Part shown: positions 1 through 5,933 of the stretch, one piece after another
Layout of the letters: every line of letters starts with the position of its first letter
How positions within the stretch are numbered: the stretch's first letter is position 1
Virus record (IMG/VR): IMGVR_UViG_3300046542_000168
Span: 43,408 to 107,407 of that record
Strand: one strand, 5' to 3'
Length of the DNA stretch: 64,000 nucleotides
Origin: a virus
Notes under the pieces: generated by a model
Told to the model about the DNA's origin: nothing
Seen by the model: only the letters and a program-made list of their open reading frames with translations
The model's database searches: none
Position numbers and translations under genes: made by a program

Positions 1-21
1 ACACTTTCTCAACTTTCCCTG

Positions 22-49
22 TTGACAGGAGTTGAAAGTCGTGTAGTAT
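22..49 (+). promoter_or_regulatory. sigma70-type promoter
   Basis: TTGACA(22-27)-N16-TAGTAT(44-49), inside an imperfect inverted repeat (3-39). Confidence 0.7.
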
Positions 50-130
50 GGCGTCTCCAGTTTGCTCAAGGGCAGACTGACGTAAGAACAGAATTTATTT
101 CAGTAAGTCAGTAAGACAGGAAGAACTAAA

Positions 131-745
131 GTGACCCAGATTTCCGTAACTCGTGCTCTCGCCCAGGTTAAGAGCCTGAATGACCGCATTCAACGTGGCA
201 CCGTAGCACAGTTCATCGCAATTGCCGTAGGTGGTAAGGTTTCCGGTAAGTCCTCTGTTCAAGAGGCAGAGCAAACCGTTACTAGCAACCTACAGTCCGT
301 CCAGGGCCTAATTGCCCAGCGGAACACCCTCAAATCAGCCATCGTCAAGAGCAACGCGACCACTACGGTGTCGATCGCCGGTAAAGTCATGACTGTGGCT
401 GAGGCCATCGAGCGTAAGTCCTCGATCATCCTCGAACACAACCTACTCCAGCAGATCCGTGGCCAGCAGAATCAAGCCATTGCTGCTGTAGATCGCCACA
501 ACGTCGATGTACGTCAACGCTGTGACAATCTCCTGGCCCAGGCTTATGGCCGTGACGTGAAGATCAGCGAGGCCGACAGTCAGGCTATCACCGGCCCATA
601 CGAAGAGAAGCACAAAGCTGCTCTGGTAGATGCGAACAAGCTGGACACTGTTATCGAAAAGATGCAGGCCGAGTTGGACGCTTTTACCCTGGAAGTAGAC
701 TTCGCCCTGAGTGAAGTAAACGCTAAGACTCTGATCGAAGCGTAA
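131..745 (+). CDS. conserved coiled-coil phage protein, DIP1984-like
   Basis: 204 aa helical ORF with RBS; motifs TRALAQVK..RI, SNATTTV..G..MTVAEAIERK and DFALSEVNAKTLI resemble DIP1984-type proteins by eye. Confidence 0.6.
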   Translation: MTQISVTRALAQVKSLNDRIQRGTVAQFIAIAVGGKVSGKSSVQEAEQTVTSNLQSVQGLIAQRNTLKSAIVKSNATTTVSIAGKVMTVAEAIERKSSIILEHNLLQQIRGQQNQAIAAVDRHNVDVRQRCDNLLAQAYGRDVKISEADSQAITGPYEEKHKAALVDANKLDTVIEKMQAELDAFTLEVDFALSEVNAKTLIEA

Positions 746-760
746 CACAGTTCAAACAAG

Positions 761-1070
761 TTTTCTCTTGTGACAGCGAGTTGTCTTAACTTAGCTGGGC
801 TTCTAGGGGTGAGCCTATCACCTCTAACAATTACTGGCATGTAATCATAAACGACCAGTCCCGCCATTTCTGGGACATATCCTTCGTAGGGATTTTAAGC
901 AGTGACTAAGTTCATCGCTCAACGTTTAACCAGTAAAGATGCAACGCTCAACGAAGAAACTTTTAAACAGGTAACTTCTAAAGGCCAAAGCTTCTAAAAT
1001 CCCAGAACAAGGTTGAGTAGTGGTTAGCTATCGACTCTGACGACGCCCTGGGCTGCTGTTCACAAGAAAC
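761..1070 (+). ncRNA. putative ~310-nt structured ncRNA with periodic A-rich loop
   Basis: 766-777 pairs with 1055-1067; GGGATTTTA(889-897)/TAAAATCCC(995-1003) closes a 97-nt loop of AA(A/C)-initiated 7-8-nt units; hairpin 804-826. Confidence 0.65.
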
Positions 1071-1077
1071 CCATTAT

Positions 1078-1153
1078 AGAGGATTGGCGAAGTGGGAACG
1101 CTACGGGCTTTGATCCCGTCATTGACTAGGTTCGATCCCTAGATCCTCTTCCA
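1078..1153 (+). tRNA. tRNA-Gln(UUG)
   Basis: cloverleaf, anticodon TTG, TTCGA T-loop, CCA. Confidence 0.9.
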
Positions 1154-1315
1154 CATTCGAAGTATCGTTGAAAACTACGGTTGTCTACGCGCAAACGCCG
1201 GACTTCGAACTCTACATACCTGGGAACTCAAGCGCCTTGGTTTGTACAATCCACTCGACCAACCGGATGGATTCAGACGCATGGGATCGTCTCTAACTTA
1301 TCCCTACCTATTTCT

Positions 1316-1391
1316 ACCCAGGTAGCTCAACTGGCAGAGCAGCGGCCTCCAAAGCCGTTGGTTGTAGGTTCGACTCCTACCCTCGGTGCCA
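1316..1391 (+). tRNA. tRNA-Trp(CCA)
   Basis: cloverleaf, anticodon CCA, CCA end; one C.C acceptor mismatch. Confidence 0.9.
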
Positions 1392-1395
1392 CTTC

Positions 1396-1471
1396 GCAGA
1401 TATAGATTAAACGGATAAATCACGCGGCTTTCAACCGCACGTTCCGAGTTCGATGCTCGGTATCTGCACCA
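1396..1471 (+). tRNA. tRNA-Glu(UUC)
   Basis: cloverleaf, anticodon TTC, CCA. Confidence 0.88.
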
Positions 1472-1493
1472 TTATTCAAGTTAAGGAAGACTC

Positions 1494-1637
1494 ATGGCTC
1501 AGAAGCCTTACGATGCAACTAAAGAACACACCCCGTTCGACCGTACCCGTAAAACAGATGGGAAAGGTCGTCACCCTAATAAGGGGTTGAGTTCGAAGCA
1601 CCCGGTGTCGGGCAAGAAGAACCGATACTTCGAATGA
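1494..1637 (+). CDS. small basic protein (47 aa, MAQKPYDATK...NRYFE)
   Basis: ATG with AAGGAAG RBS, fills an inter-tRNA gap; below the ORF-track cutoff. Confidence 0.55.
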   Translation: MAQKPYDATKEHTPFDRTRKTDGKGRHPNKGLSSKHPVSGKKNRYFE

Positions 1638-1642
1638 TTCCA

Positions 1643-1763
1643 CCAGGGAGGCTATAGGGGTCTTATGACCGCTCCCCGCTGCTGAGGCTACTCAGTTGTC
1701 CCGATGACAGGCAACAGCGTCCTACCCGCTCCCTGGAGCGCTGAGGCACTAGAGAATAGTGCC
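1643..1763 (+). ncRNA. putative multi-stem ncRNA
   Basis: CCAGGGAG(1643-1650)/CTCCCTGG(1729-1736) encloses several perfect hairpins; GGCACTA/TAGTGCC hairpin follows. Confidence 0.5.
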
Positions 1764-1773
1764 GTTTATATTC

Positions 1774-1849
1774 GCATTCTAAGCTAACCCGGTGAAAGCG
1801 ACGGATTGAAAATCCGTAGAGACTGGTTCGACTCCAGTAGATTGCACCA
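1774..1849 (+). tRNA. tRNA-Phe(GAA)
   Basis: cloverleaf, anticodon GAA, CCA. Confidence 0.9.
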
Positions 1850-1850
1850 T

Positions 1851-1980
1851 AACAATGAGAACCAGGGTACTGGTTGAGTAGCAGCCCATGGAGCCGCCAA
1901 AGGCGCTGGGCCCGGTTCATTGTTGTACTGTACGCACTGGCCAGCGTACTTCGCGTTTACGGTAGAGGTCGCAAACCGCT
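1851..1980 (+). ncRNA. putative structured ncRNA
   Basis: AACAATGA/TCATTGTT closing stem, AACCAG/CTGGTT and GCCCA/TGGGC arms, then GTACGC/GCGTAC hairpin. Confidence 0.45.
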
Positions 1981-1991
1981 TTATTTTCCCT

Positions 1992-2068
1992 ACTGGTATA
2001 GTTCAACTGGAAAGAGCATCCGCCTTCTAAGTGGTTAGTTGGGGGTTCGAATCCCTCTACCAGTGCCA
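1992..2068 (+). tRNA. tRNA-Arg(UCU)
   Basis: cloverleaf, anticodon TCT, CCA. Confidence 0.9.
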
Positions 2069-2116
2069 GATATGCAAGAAAGTTGTAGAAAGTTCGAACT
2101 ATTTTCATATTGCCTA

Positions 2117-2145
2117 TTGACAAAATAGAAAAGTGTGAGAATATT
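2117..2145 (+). promoter_or_regulatory. internal sigma70-like promoter of the tRNA array
   Basis: TTGACA-N17-AATATT in an AT-rich gap. Confidence 0.5.
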
Positions 2146-2203
2146 CACGGACTCGAAGTTACCTTCGACTGAATTACCCCTCTTGTATGTAGTTCCCCTC
2201 TTA

Positions 2204-2279
2204 GCCTAATGATTCCTCTGGGAAGGAAGACGCACTGTCGATGCGTTCGCTGCGGTTTCGAATACCGTATTAGGCGCCA
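2204..2279 (+). tRNA. tRNA-Asp(GUC)
   Basis: cloverleaf, anticodon GTC, G73, CCA. Confidence 0.88.
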
Positions 2280-2284
2280 TATTT

Positions 2285-2362
2285 GCCCTTGTAGCTCTTA
2301 ACTGGCAGAGCAGCCGCCTTGTAAGCGGACGGTTGGGAGTTCGAATCTCTCCTGGGGCACCA
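2285..2362 (+). tRNA. tRNA-Thr(UGU)
   Basis: cloverleaf, anticodon TGT, CCA. Confidence 0.9.
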
Positions 2363-2369
2363 TATTCTT

Positions 2370-2445
2370 TCCGGTATAGCTCAGTTGGTAGAGCAGCGGC
2401 CCGATAAGCCGTTTGTCACTAGTTCAAGTCTAGTTACCGGGACCA
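2370..2445 (+). tRNA. tRNA-Ile(GAU)
   Basis: cloverleaf, anticodon GAT (loop CC-GAT-AA, so C33), CCA. Confidence 0.88.
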
Positions 2446-2450
2446 TCTAT

Positions 2451-2524
2451 GGGCTGTAAGAATTACGACAGTTCGCCTGCCTTGCACGCAGGAAGCCAGG
2501 GTTTGACTCCCTGACGGTCCACCA
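2451..2524 (+). tRNA. tRNA-Ala(UGC)
   Basis: cloverleaf, anticodon TGC, G3:U70 pair, CCA. Confidence 0.88.
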
Positions 2525-2592
2525 TTACAAATGCAGAGACTTACGGCTTATGTCGTTACAAGTCAAACCGGGGATATGCACCCCTTTACAAT

Positions 2593-2674
2593 AGCGAGAG
2601 AGTTAAGACTGTCTGGTGATGTCGCCCGGCTCATAACCGGCTGCTTTGTGGTTCGATTCCACCTCTCGCCACCA
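2593..2674 (+). tRNA. tRNA-Met/Ile2(CAU), atypical
   Basis: anticodon CAT, GCGAGAG/CTCTCGC acceptor, unpaired top position (initiator-like), long acceptor-D linker, CCA. Confidence 0.7.
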
Positions 2675-2678
2675 TATT

Positions 2679-2767
2679 TGAAGAGAGAACCTGGGTTCAA
2701 GTCCCTTGTCTCGGAAGGCCCGCCTGTATAACAGGGCTGATAGCTTAGTGGATTAAAGCGCTCTTCA
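2679..2767 (+). ncRNA. circularly permuted tRNA-like element (YrlA-like topology)
   Basis: T-arm (GGG TTCAAGT CCC) precedes D-arm (TAGCTTAGTGGATTAAAGC); ends pair as TGAAGAG/CTCTTCA. Confidence 0.6.
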
Positions 2768-2838
2768 TCTCACACACTGGGTTGCTCCCCATGTGAACAC
2801 TCGCCACAGAGTGTATAAATAAGTGTGGCACGATCAAT

Positions 2839-2915
2839 TGGACATAAGCTAACTAGGCGGAAGCGGGTGGCTGTTAACCACCAGATGCTAGGTTCGAATC
2901 CTAGATGTCCAGCCA
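2839..2915 (+). tRNA. tRNA-Asn(GUU)
   Basis: cloverleaf, anticodon GTT, CCA. Confidence 0.9.
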
Positions 2916-3031
2916 ACTTTGCGACGTGAGGTTTTATGCCCACGATCCTTCCAGGGCTTACCTGGGAGAGATGAGAGTCGCGCATTAAGCTGTCTGCTAG
3001 GCCCGGACGTTAAATGGGCGACAAGATCAAT

Positions 3032-3107
3032 ACCCCGATGGCTGATCGTCTTAGGCAATCGCCTGCAAAGCGATATCAGGCTGGTTAGATTCCAGCTCGG
3101 GGTTCCA
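3032..3107 (+). tRNA. tRNA-Cys(GCA)
   Basis: cloverleaf, anticodon GCA, U73, CCA. Confidence 0.88.
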
Positions 3108-3115
3108 GTTATAAA

Positions 3116-3201
3116 GGTCGTTGTAGAGTCAGATGGCTACTGACAGGGCGCTGTAAACGCCCCGCTTCTGCTAGAGGTTCAATTCCATCCTTCGACCACC
3201 A
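3116..3201 (+). tRNA. tRNA-Tyr(GUA), atypical
   Basis: GGGCG-CT-GTA-AA-CGCCC anticodon arm, long variable arm, CCA; imperfect acceptor and T stems. Confidence 0.75.
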
Positions 3202-3287
3202 ATTTGCCGTATAGGTGCCATACCCGAAAGCATTCGTGCAGTGAGGGCAGGTTATCGTCCCCTTCCCAGGGCGGCAGACGCGAGAAT

Positions 3288-3364
3288 GAGACGTTGGCCG
3301 ACCGGCGCTAGGCAACAGGCTTTTAACCTGTATTAATCTGGTTCGATTCCAGAGCGTTTCACCA
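3288..3364 (+). tRNA. tRNA-Lys(UUU)
   Basis: cloverleaf, anticodon TTT, CCA. Confidence 0.9.
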
Positions 3365-3369
3365 ACAAT

Positions 3370-3436
3370 GGAGGGTCCGCTGGGACGGGACTACTGAAGA
3401 AGTAGAGAGTGTGGTTAGAATCCACTACCCTTCGCC
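3370..3436 (+). ncRNA. non-canonical tRNA-like RNA / pseudo-tRNA
   Basis: GGAGGGT/ACCCTTC acceptor, short D-arm, CTAC-TGAAGAA-GTAG arm, GTGG-TTAGAAT-CCAC T-arm, no encoded CCA. Confidence 0.55.
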
Positions 3437-3442
3437 TTATAT

Positions 3443-3530
3443 AGTAGATTGACCGAGAGGCCGATGGTAGGGGATTGCTAATCCCTACGGTGTAACAGCC
3501 GCACAGGTTCGAATCCTGTATCTACTGCCA
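3443..3530 (+). tRNA. tRNA-Ser(GCU)
   Basis: cloverleaf, long variable arm, anticodon GCT, CCA. Confidence 0.92.
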
Positions 3531-3635
3531 TATTCCAGGCAAACAAAAGCCGCCTTAGTAGGGCGGCTCTTGACAACGAACTCTACCGTTCATTGTAGGT
3601 GGGATGCACTGGCGTACTCCGAGGGGAATCCTATC

Positions 3636-3941
3636 ATGTGGACGAATGGCCGACAAGGCACCGGGTACGCGAAACTAACGCTCCTAGCCACCTCCAGGCT
3701 CGACTGTCACGTTTTACGATATATGCCTGGGGATAGCATTCCATCTCACACAGATAAGCTTGTGGACGGCAGGAAGCACTTCAGGATGAACATCCGGCTA
3801 GCCGGTGAAGACACTTTCAAGTGCTGCAAGGTATTGTTTAGATTCTGGCGGGTTACGATCTTCCGACCGGACCTCTATGAGCACTCAGTACCGGCAGTAA
3901 AGAGAAAACGATACATGCTCAGCATCGGCTGGGTAATATGA
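3636..3941 (+). CDS. small 2OG-Fe(II) oxygenase-like protein
   Basis: HTD...H...R arrangement (IPSHTD, YEHSV, RYMLSIGW); RBS GAGGGG before ATG 3636. Confidence 0.65.
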   Translation: MWTNGRQGTGYAKLTLLATSRLDCHVLRYMPGDSIPSHTDKLVDGRKHFRMNIRLAGEDTFKCCKVLFRFWRVTIFRPDLYEHSVPAVKRKRYMLSIGWVI

Positions 3942-3946
3942 TACAA

Positions 3947-4031
<85 letters not shown>

Positions 4032-4083
4032 TTTACAACGATTGAAGGTTGAGCCTATCGCTCCCTCTCGTTACAACGAATAC

Positions 4084-4171
4084 GGCGTGTAGGCTCCATG
4101 GGGAGATGCGGTCTTGAAAACCGTCCCATTGCAGAGATGTGGTGAGGGTTCGATTCCTTTATGCGCCTCCA
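4084..4171 (+). tRNA. tRNA-Ser(UGA)
   Basis: long variable arm, anticodon TGA, CCA. Confidence 0.85.
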
Positions 4172-4272
4172 ACTTAACGCACGAGACTGGAGGCTGAAAT
4201 GCCCGTGCGATCCGGCCGATACGGCTCCCAGCCTTGAGCGGGTATGAAAGGATAATGCCTGTAACGCACAAA

Positions 4273-4296
4273 CAAAAACACCGCCTTTCGGCGGTG
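4273..4296 (-). terminator. intrinsic terminator of the mvaT-like gene
   Basis: CACCGCC-TTTC-GGCGGTG with A-tract on + (U-tract on -). Confidence 0.7.
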
Positions 4297-4316
4297 CTCA
4301 GGAACGCAAGTGAAGA

Positions 4317-4706
4317 TCAGCCCAGGATAGTTACCCAGCTCTCTACGGACTCATTACCCCACTTCGCTTTCCACTCTTTCAGAGTCTTGTGGTTGCCACC
4401 TTTCGTCTCGATGACTTCGCCGTTGTGCGGGTTTTTGTACTGCTTAACGTGACGCTGACGACGAGTAACGGAAGAGGATTTATCAGAAGCCTGCTTCGAA
4501 GACTTACCGCCGTGGCGACCGTCTGGGTCCATAATACCCAGGATGTCTTTCAACGACTTGCTATATTCGCCCATCAAGCTACGCAGCTTACCTTCGAATT
4601 CCAGTTCTTCTTGCAATTTACCGTCCGACTGGAGGGTAGCCATGCGGGCCTGGAGTTCTTTAATTGCGGCTTCTGTAGCGCGGTATTCAGCAATAACTGA
4701 CGACAT
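4317..4706 (-). CDS. mvaT: MvaT/MvaU-family H-NS-like nucleoid protein
   Basis: N-terminal EYR..E..IKELQ..LEFEGKLR.LM.EY and C-terminal YKNPHNGEVIETKGGNHKTLKEWK.KWG...VESW signature. Confidence 0.93.
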   Translation of the reverse strand: MSSVIAEYRATEAAIKELQARMATLQSDGKLQEELEFEGKLRSLMGEYSKSLKDILGIMDPDGRHGGKSSKQASDKSSSVTRRQRHVKQYKNPHNGEVIETKGGNHKTLKEWKAKWGNESVESWVTILG

Positions 4707-4800
4707 ATTTGCGTTCCCCATGGGATGTCTGTGTGATGTGTCAGAGGATATACACGGCTTATTATTATGTAAAGCCCTTAGTGTAAAAGTTTTTTAAAAT

Positions 4801-4877
4801 CTCGCTGTAGCTCAGATCGGTAGAGCGCCTGCTTTGGGAGCAGGAGGCCGGGGGTTCGATGCCCTCCAGCGTGACCA
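4801..4877 (+). tRNA. tRNA-Pro(UGG)
   Basis: cloverleaf, anticodon TGG, CCA. Confidence 0.92.
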
Positions 4878-4892
4878 TATTAAGATGTAGTC

Positions 4893-4967
4893 GTGGGGCC
4901 GTGCTGCCTGGATGTAGCCATCAGGTTGTGACCCTGTTGTCGGAGTTCGAATCTCCACCTCACCCCA
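4893..4967 (+). tRNA. tRNA-His(GUG), atypical
   Basis: anticodon GTG, C73-CCA, TTCGAAT loop; 5' boundary approximate. Confidence 0.75.
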
Positions 4968-4972
4968 ATTTA

Positions 4973-5049
4973 GCGTGCTTCGTATAGCCAGGTTATTACC
5001 TCCGGCTTCCACCCGGATGACAACAGTTCGAATCTGTTAGCCCGCACCA
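4973..5049 (+). tRNA. tRNA-Gly(UCC)
   Basis: cloverleaf, anticodon TCC, A73, CCA. Confidence 0.87.
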
Positions 5050-5053
5050 ATTC

Positions 5054-5127
5054 GCTCGATTAGCTCAATGGGAGAGCAGAGCCCTTACAAGGCTTTTACG
5101 GTGGTTCGATTCCATCATTGAGCACCA
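5054..5127 (+). tRNA. tRNA-Val(UAC)
   Basis: cloverleaf, anticodon TAC, CCA. Confidence 0.9.
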
Positions 5128-5187
5128 TATTACGGATGAATGAGGTACATGCCCTCAGCCCTTACGGGTGCCGTAACCCCACCTCTG

Positions 5188-5213
5188 AAACCCAGCCCTC
5201 TGCTGGGTTTTTT
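5188..5213 (+). terminator. intrinsic terminator ending the tRNA array
   Basis: AAACCCAGC-cctct-GCTGGGTTT followed by T-tract. Confidence 0.75.
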
Positions 5214-5230
5214 CGTTCCTGAGAAAAGAT

Positions 5231-5641
5231 ATGGCCGGAAACCCGAACCTACAAAAAGGTGGTGCCTCGCTGAATCCAGCAGGACGCCCGAAAGAAACCC
5301 CCGAACAGAAAGCCGCGAAGCTGAAGCAAAGTAAGCTGCGGAAGACTGAGAAAGCCCTACTTAACCTCAATGCGGCTGCCCTGGAGAACATCCGGCGAAG
5401 TGTAGAGGGTGAAGACATCGATAAAGAAGTGGTTAACACCAGTAAGTGGGTTGTAACGACAACTGTAACCGTTTCTAAGGCCGCAATGACCGAAGAGATG
5501 GAGTTGAACGGCCTGAAGGACAAAGCGGGCAGAGAGGCCCTAACAGAGGCCCAGGCAGATGAAGATGACGCCAGTGATGCTATCGCTGAGTTCTCGCTTC
5601 ACATGCTCCCTACCCCAGCCCAGTTGAAAGGCGTTAAGTAA
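5231..5641 (+). CDS. putative terminase small subunit
   Basis: N-terminal GNPNL.KGG.SLNP.GRPK motif; lies upstream of TerL. Confidence 0.65.
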   Translation: MAGNPNLQKGGASLNPAGRPKETPEQKAAKLKQSKLRKTEKALLNLNAAALENIRRSVEGEDIDKEVVNTSKWVVTTTVTVSKAAMTEEMELNGLKDKAGREALTEAQADEDDASDAIAEFSLHMLPTPAQLKGVK

Positions 5642-5931
5642 TGCCAGCAGGTTTACAAACCTGGGATGAATACGGACGCCTCCGATTAGATACCAGTGTG
5701 CGTATGGCAAACATCGTTGGCCTAGTTTATACAAACGGGACAAACGGTAGTATTGCTACTGACACATCTAAGGGCACACCGTTCTTCTATGTAACCCTTC
5801 CCTTCGACCCCTCCATTAGTACGCTTCTCCCGACTGTATATTTCAGTGGTAACACACTTATCTGGCAGTACATAGGCGGTACTGGGTATACCGCCCCAGT
5901 CGGTGTCTACATAACATATGGATTCTTTTAA
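5641..5931 (+). CDS. small virion/tail-tip protein
   Basis: MPAGLQTWD..G...LD N-terminus typical of small genes following gpJ-like fibres. Confidence 0.55.
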   Translation: MPAGLQTWDEYGRLRLDTSVRMANIVGLVYTNGTNGSIATDTSKGTPFFYVTLPFDPSISTLLPTVYFSGNTLIWQYIGGTGYTAPVGVYITYGFF

Positions 5932-5933
5932 CC

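Noticed and set aside
898-994. Mini-CRISPR or type III toxin-antitoxin repeat array
   Set aside because: The units are only 7-8 nt with 2-3 conserved bases, unlike the ~35-nt repeats of those systems; kept as a novel RNA candidate instead.
761-1070. tmRNA or RNase P RNA
   Set aside because: No GGGG...TTCGA..CCACCA tRNA-like domain, tag ORF or RNase P P4 consensus seen.
3570-3635. TTG start of the oxygenase ORF at 3570
   Set aside because: The ATG at 3636 has the RBS; 3570 coincides with a TTGACA just after a terminator-like hairpin.
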